Positions 9,992 through 19,533 of a DNA stretch of 55,462 bases are shown one piece after another. The notes under the pieces are model-generated. The model was not told the origin of the DNA. It saw nothing but the letters and a program-made list of their open reading frames with translations, and made no database searches. Source of the DNA: Rubrobacter sp. (GTDB lineage: Bacteria; Actinomycetota; Rubrobacteria; Rubrobacterales; Rubrobacteraceae); contig DATDKB010000177.1 of assembly GCA_036520255.1 (NCBI GenBank), forward strand, positions 1 to 55,462, in the 5' to 3' direction. A program made the position numbers and the translations under genes. Within the stretch, counting starts at the first letter, position 1. Each line of letters starts with the position of its first letter.

Positions 9992-11097
9992 CAGACGTCC
10001 TCGGGCCTCGCGCACTCAACCGCGCCTTGCTGGAGCGTCAGATGTTGCTGGGCCGCCAGGAACTGTCGGCATTCGACGCCATCGAGCGTCTGGCCGGCAT
10101 GCAAGCTCAAGAGCCAGACGCACCGTACGTTGGCCTGTGGGCGCGGCTTGAGGACTTCGATCCCGGTGAGCTAGCGCGTTTGATCTCCGACCGGCTTGCC
10201 GTACGCGCCCCGCTGATGCGCGCGACCATCCACCTGTTCAGTGCCCGCGACTACCTGGGGTTTCGCCCCGTGATACAGTCGGTCCTCGCCTCCGCCTTCT
10301 CCGGCAGCCCCTTCCGCCGCGAGTTGGAAGGCATTGACTTCGATGCACTCCTGGCGGCCGGACGGGCCCCGCTGGGAGAGTTGCCGCGTACCCGTGCCAA
10401 ACTCAGCGCGTTGCTGGGCGAGAGGTGGCCGGATCGCGACCCTCTCTCCCTCGCCTACGCCATCAGCTTCCTGCTGCCGCTGGTTCAGGTGCCGCCGCGC
10501 GGGATCTGGGGCGAGAGCGGGCAGGCGACCTGGACCACTGCCGAGTCCTGGCTCGGCCGTCCCCTCGATCCTGACGCCTCGCCTGACGAGATGGTCGTGC
10601 GCTACCTCGCGGCCTTCGGCCCGGCCACCGTCGCCGACGCGCGAGCTTGGTCGGGCCTTGGCGGGCTTCAGGAGGTATTCGAGCGTCTAAGGCCGCGCCT
10701 TGTCACCTTCCACGATGAGCGCGGTCGCGAACTCTTCGACGTGCCCGGGGCGCCGCTTCCGGCCCCTGACTCCCCAGCCCCGCCGCGCTTCCTGCCGGCT
10801 TTCGACAACGCGCTGCTCTCCCACGTCGATCGGAGCCGCATCATCACCGAAGAACATCGCAAGCTGCTATTCAAGGACCGCTTGATGCGCAGCGTGCTGC
10901 TCGACGGCTTCGCGTGCGGGACCTGGAAGACGGGGCGGGGTCAGGGGAAGGCGACGCTCGAGATCCAGCCGTTTCGACCGCTGTCGAGGGACGATCGCGA
11001 CGCTTTGGCCGAAGAGGGGGAGCGATTGTTGCGCTTCTTGATGGCACCACGGGGCACCGGCGAGCTCGAGATCCAGTTCGGAGGAGAAGGGAAGTAA
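9988..11097 (+). CDS. AlkZ/YcaQ-like (HTH_42) winged-helix DNA glycosylase family protein
   Basis: [15 protein letters not shown] motif, [25 protein letters not shown]; ATGA overlap with the epoxide hydrolase stop. Confidence 0.9.
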   Translation: MTDVLGPRALNRALLERQMLLGRQELSAFDAIERLAGMQAQEPDAPYVGLWARLEDFDPGELARLISDRLAVRAPLMRATIHLFSARDYLGFRPVIQSVLASAFSGSPFRRELEGIDFDALLAAGRAPLGELPRTRAKLSALLGERWPDRDPLSLAYAISFLLPLVQVPPRGIWGESGQATWTTAESWLGRPLDPDASPDEMVVRYLAAFGPATVADARAWSGLGGLQEVFERLRPRLVTFHDERGRELFDVPGAPLPAPDSPAPPRFLPAFDNALLSHVDRSRIITEEHRKLLFKDRLMRSVLLDGFACGTWKTGRGQGKATLEIQPFRPLSRDDRDALAEEGERLLRFLMAPRGTGELEIQFGGEGK

Positions 11098-11184
11098 GTT
11101 TATGGGTGCCTTGACTCGTCGGCTTGCGCTGCCGGGTCCCGCGGGCTACCTTGCCCGTGCACCCCGGAGAGAACAGGAGACCTT

Positions 11185-11709
11185 TTGAGCGAGAACAACC
11201 CGCCGGTTTCGACCGGCCGCGGCGACGACGGTACCACGACCCTGCTCGGGTCGGGTAGGATGGGCAAGGACGACCTGAGGATCGCCGCTTTGGGCGACGT
11301 GGACGAGGCTAGCTCGTTTCTCGGCCTGGCCCGCGCCGAGGCCGAGGAGGAGGTCGGGGAACTCCTGATCTCGCTGCAACGCCTCCTCTACCGCGTCATG
11401 GGCGACGTGGCGATGCCCAAGGAGGACGACGTGGTCAATGCGGGGGACCTGAAGTTTCTGGACGAGGCCCTGGAAAAGTGGCGTGGGCGGACGGAGATCC
11501 CCAAGGAGTTCGTAATCCCGGGGGAGAGTAGACCAGGCGCGCTCCTGGACGTCGCCCGCAGCGTGACGCGGCGTGCGGAGCGCAGCCTCGTCGCCGCGGG
11601 GTACGCCGCCGAGCATACCTACGCAGTGCGCGTCGTCAACCGACTCTCCGACCTCCTCTTCGTCCTCGCCCGCAACGCCGACGGCGAGCACGTCCTCTCG
11701 AGAGGATAG
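11185..11709 (+). CDS. ATP:cob(I)alamin adenosyltransferase, PduO type
   Basis: TGRGDDGTT, GDVDEASS, FVIPG, RRAER, NRLSDLLFVLAR. Confidence 0.93.
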   Translation: MSENNPPVSTGRGDDGTTTLLGSGRMGKDDLRIAALGDVDEASSFLGLARAEAEEEVGELLISLQRLLYRVMGDVAMPKEDDVVNAGDLKFLDEALEKWRGRTEIPKEFVIPGESRPGALLDVARSVTRRAERSLVAAGYAAEHTYAVRVVNRLSDLLFVLARNADGEHVLSRG

Positions 11710-11809
11710 GACGCCTCGCGAAGCGCCCCCACACGTCCGTTGCGCGGAGAGACGCCCGGGAATATGCTAGACGCTTGTTGCCAGGAGAAACCTCAGGGGG
11801 AGTTAACCT

Positions 11810-12775
11810 ATGGCAGTTGATTTTGGCGTCTTCGTCCCGCAGGGCTGGCGGATGGATCTGGTCGGCATAGAGGACCCATTCGAGCAGTACGAGGCCATGA
11901 CGCGGGTGGCCAGGGTGGCCGACGAGACGGGCGCCTACGACTCCGTCTGGGTCTACGACCACTTCCACACGGTTCCCGAACCGACCATGAACACCGTCTT
12001 CGAGGCCTGGACCTCGTGCGCCGGGCTCGCCCGCGACACCAGGAACGTCAAGATCGGGCAGATGGTCACCTGCAACGGCTACCGCAATCCCGCCCACCTC
12101 GCCAAGATCGCCTCGACGGTCGACGTGATGTCGGGCGGCAGGCTGCTGTGCGGTCTGGGGGCCGGCTGGTACGAGCACGAGTGGCGCGCCTACGGCTACG
12201 GCTTTCCCGAGGTTCCCGTTAGGATGAGGATGTTCAAGGAGGCGTGCGAGATCATCCACCGCATGTTCACCGAGGACGGCCCGACGTTCGATGGCGAGTT
12301 CTACCATATAGACAGGCCCATCAACGAGCCCAAGGGCGTGAGCAAGCCGCACCCGCCGATCTGGATCGGGGGCGGCGGCGAGAAGGTAACCCTGAAGCTC
12401 GTCGCAAGGTGGGGCGACGCCTGCAACGTCGGCGGCGACATCGAGACCATCAAGCACAAGTTCGACGTGCTAAAGGGCCACTGCGAGAACGAGGGCAGGG
12501 ATTACGAGGAGATCACACGCTCCACCTCCATCAACGTCTACCTTCTGGAAGAGGGCGAAGACCCCGAGGAAGCCACCAAAGAACACCGCGGTTCCAAAAG
12601 CTACGAGGAGTACTCCCAGGAGTTCATGGTAGGCACGCCCGGGGAGATCGGCGAGCGCCTCAACCCGATGGTCGAAGCCGGCGTCGAGTATTTCATAACC
12701 TACCTGCCGCGCGTAGCCTACGATCCCACGCCGGTAGAGAGGTTCGCCAAAGAGGTCATCCCCAACTTAGGGTGA
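11810..12775 (+). CDS. LLM-class F420-dependent oxidoreductase
   Basis: FVPQGWRMDL, WVYDHFH, YRNPAHLAK, GLGAGWYEHE, WIGGGGEK. Confidence 0.93.
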   Translation: MAVDFGVFVPQGWRMDLVGIEDPFEQYEAMTRVARVADETGAYDSVWVYDHFHTVPEPTMNTVFEAWTSCAGLARDTRNVKIGQMVTCNGYRNPAHLAKIASTVDVMSGGRLLCGLGAGWYEHEWRAYGYGFPEVPVRMRMFKEACEIIHRMFTEDGPTFDGEFYHIDRPINEPKGVSKPHPPIWIGGGGEKVTLKLVARWGDACNVGGDIETIKHKFDVLKGHCENEGRDYEEITRSTSINVYLLEEGEDPEEATKEHRGSKSYEEYSQEFMVGTPGEIGERLNPMVEAGVEYFITYLPRVAYDPTPVERFAKEVIPNLG

Positions 12776-12800
12776 GATAGACCAGGTGAAGGGGCAGTAC

Positions 12801-12830
12801 GTAGCAGGCCGGTTCGCGAATCGCCCCTAC
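12801..12830. repeat. GTAG-type REP-like palindrome
   Basis: Reverse complement GTAGGGGCGATTCGCGAACCGGCCT is nearly identical to 33307-33333; related copies near 11708-11732 and 28180-28199. Confidence 0.6.
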
Positions 12831-12846
12831 ATAGGTTGTTCGTTTG

Positions 12847-13212
12847 TCAGGCAGGTTTGTCGACCCATTCGGGGTCTGGGGTGATGTTGGGTTCTGGGTG
12901 TGGGCCCGGGCCGTCGAGGCCGGTGGACTCCACGGTCATCAGGACGCGGACCTTCATGTCGTGGTCGCAGAGGGCCTGGCACGAGAGGCGCACCTGGCCG
13001 AGGAGATCCCGGCTTTCGAGTACCTCGAGCTCGGCCTTCGTCATCTTCTCGGGCTCGCCCTCTAGGAACTCTATCCTGCAGGTCGTACACTTGGCGTAGG
13101 ATCCGCAACGGTGCAGGATGTCCACCCCGGCGTCCTCCTCGATGGCGAGGACCAGCCGCTTGCCTTCCTCCACGTCGAACGTACCCCTGTCTTCGACCTC
13201 GACTTTAGGCAC
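12847..13212 (-). CDS. 2Fe-2S ferredoxin
   Basis: HRCGSYAKCTTCR...RLSCQ; GTG start with AGGAGG RBS. Confidence 0.9.
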   Translation of the reverse strand: MPKVEVEDRGTFDVEEGKRLVLAIEEDAGVDILHRCGSYAKCTTCRIEFLEGEPEKMTKAELEVLESRDLLGQVRLSCQALCDHDMKVRVLMTVESTGLDGPGPHPEPNITPDPEWVDKPA

Positions 13213-13353
13213 TTGCCTTCCCTCCTGTAGCCACCAACATCCAACTATGCTGCCGGACCAGGCGCGAACGCCCGGGTCAAGACTCCTGGGATTATACGTC
13301 TCCACAAGCGCTGGTGGATCGGCTAAACTGGCCGTTTACGAAAGGGGGTCGTC

Positions 13354-13716
13354 TTGGAGCACCGTCCGCCTTCTATAAAGGTAGATAAGCCCTGGGGCAG
13401 GTTCGAGCAGTACACGCACAACCTGCCCTGTACGGTCAAGATCATCACCGTCGCCCCGGGCGGCAAGCTGTCGAGCCAGTACCATCACCACCGCGACGAG
13501 CTCTGGGTCGTTCTGGACGAGGGAGTCCTGGTCCAACTTGGCGAGGATGTTCTGAAACCCGAGGTCGGGGAGAAGGTCTTTATCCCCCGGGGAACGGTGC
13601 ACAGGCTCGCCGGGCCCGGCGATAGGGAGGTCAGGATACTGGAGATCTCCTTCGGGGAGTTCGACGAGGAGGACATCGTCAGGCTCGACGACGTCTACGG
13701 CCGCGTCGCCCAATGA
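13354..13716 (+). CDS. Cupin, mannose-6-phosphate isomerase type II C-terminal-like
   Basis: KPWG, LSSQYHHHRDELW, HRL, EEDIVRLDDVYGR. Confidence 0.9.
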   Translation: MEHRPPSIKVDKPWGRFEQYTHNLPCTVKIITVAPGGKLSSQYHHHRDELWVVLDEGVLVQLGEDVLKPEVGEKVFIPRGTVHRLAGPGDREVRILEISFGEFDEEDIVRLDDVYGRVAQ

Positions 13717-13737
13717 CGGTTCCGGCGTAGCTTTCCG

Positions 13738-14643
13738 GTGGACTACAGGGACGAAGAGGACCCCGGGCACGACGAGGCCGCACAGGCGACCCCGCGGGAA
13801 CGCGGGCGACCTTCCCGAACATCACCGCTGCTCGTGTTGCTCGCCGCCCTGATCCTGGCGCTGCTCGCGGTGGCCGCAGTCCTCCTGTGGAGATCCCTCG
13901 GCGACAGCATCTCGGGCACGAGCGTCGCGAAGGACTCGATAGACTCAGCCGGCCAGGAACCACACGTACGGCTCACCAACGCCGCCGGCCAGGTACGCGT
14001 CGAGGGGGTCGAGGGTTCCAATACCGTCGAGTACGAGGCCACGCGGTACGCAGCGGGCTCGGACCCCGCGGCCGCCAAACAACAGGCCTCCGAGGTGCAC
14101 GTGGACATCACACGCGAGGACTCCAGGATCACCATAAAGACCGAAGGGGGCGGGGATACAGGGGCAGACTACGCGCTCCGTATACCGGCCGGCGCCTCGG
14201 TCGAGGTCGAGTCCGAGGCCGGTGACGTCGAGATCTCCGGCCTCACGGGCAACGTGAAGGCCGGCGCCGAGGCCGGCGACGTGACGGTCAACGACGTTGG
14301 CGGTGGCGTGAAGGTCGAGGCCCCAAAAGGGGATGTCACGGTCGCCAACGTCAACACCGACACGGGAGGGGCCGAACTCGAGGTGGGCGCTGGGGACGTA
14401 GCTCTGGAAGGCCTGATCCTGGGCACCCTGGAGGCCAACGTCGAGGCGGGAAGCGTCACCCTCTCGGGGCGCTTCTCAGGCGACGGCCGGGTTTCCGTCG
14501 AGACTGGCGACATCATCGCCAGGCTCCCCGCCGAAGACACGAGGGACCTCACCCTCCAGACGCGCGTTGGCAGCGTCCTGCGCGAGCCCCCGGACGGAGA
14601 CTCGAACGGTGAGGGTTCCGAAAAACAGAAGCAAGGGCAGTAG
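13738..14643 (+). CDS. Membrane-anchored DUF4097-type beta-strand repeat protein
   Basis: N-terminal TM helix; repeated xxAGDVx beta units. Confidence 0.8.
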   Translation: MDYRDEEDPGHDEAAQATPRERGRPSRTSPLLVLLAALILALLAVAAVLLWRSLGDSISGTSVAKDSIDSAGQEPHVRLTNAAGQVRVEGVEGSNTVEYEATRYAAGSDPAAAKQQASEVHVDITREDSRITIKTEGGGDTGADYALRIPAGASVEVESEAGDVEISGLTGNVKAGAEAGDVTVNDVGGGVKVEAPKGDVTVANVNTDTGGAELEVGAGDVALEGLILGTLEANVEAGSVTLSGRFSGDGRVSVETGDIIARLPAEDTRDLTLQTRVGSVLREPPDGDSNGEGSEKQKQGQ

Positions 14644-15230
14644 TGGCCCGCAGGGATCTAGGATACATCGCCTCCCCGGAAAGCTTCTGGAGTGCCTTGC
14701 GGGGGGTCTGGTTCTACCCGGTCCACTTTTTCAGGGGGCTCGACCCGGACGGGGGGGTCATCAGGCCCGCCATCTTCGCCTCCTTGATCCTCTACCTCGA
14801 CCTGATCCTCGAGACGGTACTCCAGCAGATCTGGCTTCTCGAGTTCAACTACGGTTCGATCTACGCTCCCTTCTTCGGGCTCGTGGTCGCCATCGTGCTC
14901 GCCCCGCTGCTTGTGGCTGGCCTGGCCCTACTAGTCATGGTCATTCTCGGAGGGGGCACACCGTCGCGGGGCGACTTCGTCCCCCTCTTTCGCTCGCTAA
15001 GCTACTCGACCGGGATAGGGATCGCGCTCTGGGTCCCCTTCGTACCCCTCGTAGCCGTACCGTACGGCGCCTACGTCGCCACCGTGGCCGTGAAGGAGAC
15101 AATGAACCTCACCTGGAACCGCGCCGCGGCCGCGACCCTCATCCCCTTGGGAGCCGTAATCTTGACCGTTCTAATCCTGCTAGGCCCCGGCGAAGCCATA
15201 GGTTTCCTCACAAACCCCCCGGGGGGTTAG
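14643..15230 (+). CDS. YIP1-like membrane protein
   Basis: PxxFF N-terminal motif and several TM helices; coupled to the upstream gene. Confidence 0.75.
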   Translation: MARRDLGYIASPESFWSALRGVWFYPVHFFRGLDPDGGVIRPAIFASLILYLDLILETVLQQIWLLEFNYGSIYAPFFGLVVAIVLAPLLVAGLALLVMVILGGGTPSRGDFVPLFRSLSYSTGIGIALWVPFVPLVAVPYGAYVATVAVKETMNLTWNRAAAATLIPLGAVILTVLILLGPGEAIGFLTNPPGG

Positions 15231-15345
15231 CACGTCAGCATTCCAGGAAGTCACCCTGATGCGACCCCGCAAGCGTCTAACCCGAGTGCTGCAGGCAGCG
15301 GTCCCTCGTGCGCTGCCGGGTGAGGACGGCACGGCAATAAGCTGA

Positions 15346-16533
15346 CTAGCTGACCTGCTGAAGTGCTTGTATCGCGAGCGCGGCGAGCAGGGCGGAGCCC
15401 CGTGGCAGGATCTCTTCGTCGAAGGCGAACTTCGGCGTGTGAAGTCCCGAGGCTTCCTCTCCGATGCCGAGCCAGATGAAGGCTCCCGGCACTTTTTCGA
15501 GGAAGTAGGCGAAGTCTTCGGCGCCCATCGAGGGATTGGGTAGCTTGAGGACGGACTCGCCGCCGAAGAGGTCTTCGGCCACATCGAGGGCCAGGCCGGC
15601 CGCCCGTTCGTCGTTGATGGTGACGGGGTAGGAGAAGGTGTAGTCGAGGTCCACGTCCCCCCGCATGCCTTTCGCGACGCCCCGGGCAAGTTCTTCAATG
15701 CGGGTCGGTATCTTCTTGCGGAGGTCGGTGTTCAAGGTGCGGACCGTTCCGCCGATGCGGGCTTTATCGGGGATGATGTTGAAGGCGGTTCCGGCCCCGA
15801 TCTCCCCCACCGTCAACACCGCGGGCTCGACTGGATCCACCTCCCTGGAGACGATGGTCTGCAACGCGGTCACGACCTGCGCCGCGATGGCTATGGCGTC
15901 GGACCCGAGGTGGGGCATCGCGCCGTGTCCCCCTGTTGCCTTTATCTCCATCTCGAAGGCGTCGGCGGCAGCCATGATCGGACCAGCCTTCGTCGCCACC
16001 TTCCCGAAGGGCAGCCCAGGCCAAAGATGCAGCGCGAAGATGGAGGAGACATCGTCGGCGACGCCCTCGTCTACCATGACCTTTCCCCCGCCCCCGCCCT
16101 CCTCAGCGGGCTGCAAGACGAACTTTGCGGTGCCGTCGAGCCGGTCACTCATCCCAGACAGGGCGTGGGCCGCCCCGACGAGCATGCTGGTGTGCCCGTC
16201 GTGGCCGCAGGCGTGCATCTTGCCTTCCGTCTCGGAAGCGAAGGGCAGGTCCGTGTCCTCGAGGATCGGGAGGGCGTCCATGTCCGCCCGGAGCGCCACA
16301 GTCGGCCCGTCGCCTTCGCCCTTCAGCGTGGCGACGATGCCGTTGTTCGCAACCCCGGTCTCTATGTCCAGGGGCAGGCCATCGAGGGCCGCGAGGACCT
16401 TCTCGGCGGTCTTCTTGGTATCGAAACCAAGCTCGGGCTCGCGGTGGATGTCGCGCCTGAGCGCGACGATCTTCTCTCCAAAATTCTCCTCGACCTCTTG
16501 CTGCAACCCGTCGAACCTTTGGGACACGTCCAC
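15346..16533 (-). CDS. M20 family amidohydrolase
   Basis: RRDIHREPELG, LRADMDALP, MHACGHDGH, QPAEEG, MGAEDF, LHTPKF; GTG 16533 with AGGAG. Confidence 0.95.
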   Translation of the reverse strand: MDVSQRFDGLQQEVEENFGEKIVALRRDIHREPELGFDTKKTAEKVLAALDGLPLDIETGVANNGIVATLKGEGDGPTVALRADMDALPILEDTDLPFASETEGKMHACGHDGHTSMLVGAAHALSGMSDRLDGTAKFVLQPAEEGGGGGKVMVDEGVADDVSSIFALHLWPGLPFGKVATKAGPIMAAADAFEMEIKATGGHGAMPHLGSDAIAIAAQVVTALQTIVSREVDPVEPAVLTVGEIGAGTAFNIIPDKARIGGTVRTLNTDLRKKIPTRIEELARGVAKGMRGDVDLDYTFSYPVTINDERAAGLALDVAEDLFGGESVLKLPNPSMGAEDFAYFLEKVPGAFIWLGIGEEASGLHTPKFAFDEEILPRGSALLAALAIQALQQVS

Positions 16534-16599
16534 AAAGTCTCCTCTCAACAAAACCTTCCCGGCGCCGCGGCGCACAGGAAAGTTACCATAGAGTGGGCC

Positions 16600-17511
16600 T
16601 CAGACCGCGGTACCTGGCGACCAGACGGTCGGCCCGTGCGGCAAACGTTTGGGGTCGAAGCGGTCGATGAGACCGCCAGGCGACGGCGTCTCTCCTGCCT
16701 CGGCGAGGCCAAGCGTGCGTGCCATCCAGGCGCGTACTTCGTCGGGACCTTCGCCGCGGTCCGAGAGGGCGACGGCACCGTGGCGCTTGGCAAGGCGTCT
16801 TCCGTCGGGGCCGAGCACGAGCGGGACGTGGGCGTAGGCGGGCTCCGGCAGGCTGAGGAGCCGCGCGAGCAGGATCTGGCGCGGCGTCGAGTCCGCAAGA
16901 TCTGCGCCCCTCACGACCTCGCCTGTGCCTTGCGCGGCATCGTCGACCACGACGGCGAGCTGGTACGCAGGTGTACCGTCGTTGCGGCGCACGACGAAGT
17001 TATCCACCGCCTCTTCGAAGCTCCCGAGCAGGCGATCCTCGAAGGCTATCCGAGCATCCTCCGAACGAACTCGAAGTGCCGGCGGCCGTCCTGCTGCCTC
17101 GCGTTCCGCGCGCTGGGCCGCCGTCAGTTCGCGGCAGGTGCCGGGGTATCGATCGGCGGTCGAGATGCCGTGCGGCGCTGAGACGGCGGCCCGGATCTCC
17201 GCCCGCGTACAATAGCAGGGGTAGAGTAGCCCGTCGGCATCGAGCCGGTCTGTAGCATCCTCGTACAATTCCATCCGCTCCGACTGGCGCACCACGGGAC
17301 CGTCCCAGTCAAGCCCGAGAGCTCGGAGGTCTGAGAGCTGTGCCTCTTCCATCCCGGGACGCACCCGCGATCGGTCGAGGTCCTCCACCCGCACCAGAAA
17401 CCGCGCCCCAGCGGAGCGCGCAAACAGCCACGCCAGAAGCGCCGTTCGCAGGTTACCGAGGTGGAGCGGACCCGTTGGGCTGGGCGCGAAGCGCCCATCG
17501 AAGTTGGTCAT
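16600..17511 (-). CDS. gluQ: tRNA glutamyl-Q(34) synthetase (GluQ-RS)
   Basis: GRFAPSPTGPLHLGN, CYCTR, YPGTCR, VVRGADL, RLAKRHG; lacks the GluRS anticodon-binding domain. Confidence 0.92.
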   Translation of the reverse strand: MTNFDGRFAPSPTGPLHLGNLRTALLAWLFARSAGARFLVRVEDLDRSRVRPGMEEAQLSDLRALGLDWDGPVVRQSERMELYEDATDRLDADGLLYPCYCTRAEIRAAVSAPHGISTADRYPGTCRELTAAQRAEREAAGRPPALRVRSEDARIAFEDRLLGSFEEAVDNFVVRRNDGTPAYQLAVVVDDAAQGTGEVVRGADLADSTPRQILLARLLSLPEPAYAHVPLVLGPDGRRLAKRHGAVALSDRGEGPDEVRAWMARTLGLAEAGETPSPGGLIDRFDPKRLPHGPTVWSPGTAV

Positions 17512-17722
17512 GCTCGTCTCGCTGTGCCTATCCTGTGGCGCTGTGTCTCGCAAAGCGAGCCAGAGTCTACATGGCCTTGTGATCCAAGGTCACAGCGCGT
17601 GCTCAGCGATTCGCGAGGGTAGTGACCGAGCACGTACACGCTGGGCCGCGGGCGATCCGGCCTCGGCGAAACCAAGACGAGTAGCTGACAAGCCTGCGAA
17701 GCAAGCGTGCTGACATTCTGTC

Positions 17723-18460
17723 CTACGGGACCCAGACGCGGGGTGGCGCGAAAGAGACGAGGACGACTTTCTTGACGCCGAGGCGCCAGAGTTCGCGGGT
17801 TATGACGGAGGCGTTGGACATGCTGAGGCCCGGCTCGACGCCGGTTATGAGGGCCGCGATCCTGGCATTTCGTGGAACTCGGGAGAGCGAGCCGCGTGCG
17901 AGGGCCGTGGCGAAGGCTCCCGAGGTTATGCTCTGTCCCGGACCGACGCCGGTAAGGTTAGAAAAGACTTCGGGGCGGTGGACGTGCTCCTCGTCCACGG
18001 GCGTGCCGAGGGCGTGGACGTTGGCTACGGCGACGACCAGGGTGGTTGCTGCGGGGAGCGCCGGTTCGTGGTCTGCTGTGCCTTTGATCGGACGTCGCCG
18101 CGACCCGTCGGACTCGACGAGGACTACGTCGGCGAGCGGCGCGAGATCGCCGATCCATGCCGGGTCTACGCCGCCGACCCTGTTCTTGGAGAGCATCCCT
18201 GAACCGGCCGCGACCATGGGAGACTCGGAGAGGGCTGCCCTGGCCTTCTCGCGCAACTCGTCTGCGTCTCCGGAGGTGATGAGCGGTCCTACCTTCTCGG
18301 CCTCGCCCAGCAACATCTTCGTCGTCGGGGCTACGAGTACCTTCATTCCGGCCTGGCGCAGACCGTTCGAGACGGCGAGGATCGCGCCGGACTTGCCGCC
18401 CGCCCCCACGAAGGCGACCACGTCCCCCGATGTGATGCCTAGCGCCTCATGCAGTTCCAA
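17723..18460 (-). CDS. yqeC: Selenium cofactor biosynthesis protein YqeC-like
   Basis: VAFVGAGGKS, APTTKM, VLVESDGSRRRPIKG...HEP; TTG start with AGGAG. Confidence 0.8.
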   Translation of the reverse strand: MELHEALGITSGDVVAFVGAGGKSGAILAVSNGLRQAGMKVLVAPTTKMLLGEAEKVGPLITSGDADELREKARAALSESPMVAAGSGMLSKNRVGGVDPAWIGDLAPLADVVLVESDGSRRRPIKGTADHEPALPAATTLVVAVANVHALGTPVDEEHVHRPEVFSNLTGVGPGQSITSGAFATALARGSLSRVPRNARIAALITGVEPGLSMSNASVITRELWRLGVKKVVLVSFAPPRVWVP

Positions 18461-18682
18461 AACGACTCCTATCCGCGCCGGAAAATGCTCGTTCTTGTAC
18501 AACTGAATTCATGTTACATCATCGATACACTTCGCGTGCTTTATGGCATGTTGGATACTAGGATCTGGTGTAGGATAGGTAAGGTCGCCTCTGCGAAGCC
18601 AACCGGATTACGCAGGGTGCTGTGGGGGTAACTAGGAGCAAGAGAATCTGTGGTCCTGGGATCAGAGCAAAGGAGCGTGGGG

Positions 18683-19120
18683 ATGGATGGGCGAGAACGG
18701 GTAGCGGAGTTTGGCAGGGAGCTAAGAGAAGGTCCCGAGCCTTCCGACCGGAGCATCAAAGAGATCATCGACGCCATCAGGCCGCAGGTCCAGGAGCTTG
18801 TCAACAAGCAGGTCGAGCTGGCGCAGACGGAGCTGACCCCCGTGGCCAAGAGGGGTGGGCTGGCCGCAGGCCTTCTGGCCGCCGCGGGCGTCTTTCTGCT
18901 CGTCTTCCTCATAATTTTCTCTCTCGCAGGGGTTTACATGCTTAGCGTCTTCCTATCCCCGTGGGTTTCGGCCCTCATCGTGAGCGGCATATTGCTGCTA
19001 GTCGGGGGAATACTCGGTGGGATCGGCGCCAGCATCTTGAGGGGTCTTGATCCCAAGCCCCACCGTACGATCGCTACCCTTCAGCAGAACGTCAACTGGA
19101 TAAAGGGGCAGTTCAGGTAA
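18683..19120 (+). CDS. Actinobacterial 'phage holin family' (YhjD/holin-X-like) membrane protein
   Basis: VELAQTEL, two TM helices, PHRTIATL; paired with a DUF3618-like gene. Confidence 0.8.
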   Translation: MDGRERVAEFGRELREGPEPSDRSIKEIIDAIRPQVQELVNKQVELAQTELTPVAKRGGLAAGLLAAAGVFLLVFLIIFSLAGVYMLSVFLSPWVSALIVSGILLLVGGILGGIGASILRGLDPKPHRTIATLQQNVNWIKGQFR

Positions 19121-19470
19121 TGAACGAGATACCGGAGCGCATAGAGAGGGAGATGTTCGAGATCCGGAGCCGCATGGGTCCGGACGTAAGGGACCTCAAA
19201 AAGCACGTAGAGCCCCAGGTGATAGCGAAGCGTACCTCCACCAAGGTCAGAGACCGCGTCAGGGGCGCCCTGACGCGCTTCGGCAAGAGCCTCAGGGAAT
19301 CGGCGAGCCGCCAGGCCAAAATGATCGGCGAAGCGGGAAGAAAAAGGAACCCGGCGCCCTTGACCGACGCCGTAAAGAGCGACCCAAGGCCCCTGATCCT
19401 GCTTGCCATTAGCCTGGCCGTCACCCTGATGGCCGTGCGCAGGATCTCCAACGGAGGAGGGGAAGAATAG
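19120..19470 (+). CDS. DUF3618-like protein
   Basis: PERIEREMFEIRSRM...LKKHVEP N-terminus and C-terminal TM; TAATG coupling. Confidence 0.7.
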   Translation: MNEIPERIEREMFEIRSRMGPDVRDLKKHVEPQVIAKRTSTKVRDRVRGALTRFGKSLRESASRQAKMIGEAGRKRNPAPLTDAVKSDPRPLILLAISLAVTLMAVRRISNGGGEE

Positions 19471-19533
19471 AGGCACCGTCCTACGAGTCCCTGATACCTC
19501 CTACCATTTCAGACCGGTAGCCGGGGACAGGCT

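Noticed and set aside
18683-19470. 'Phage holin' gene as evidence of a prophage
   Set aside because: This holin-like/DUF3618 pair is a common chromosomal actinobacterial module; no phage genes nearby
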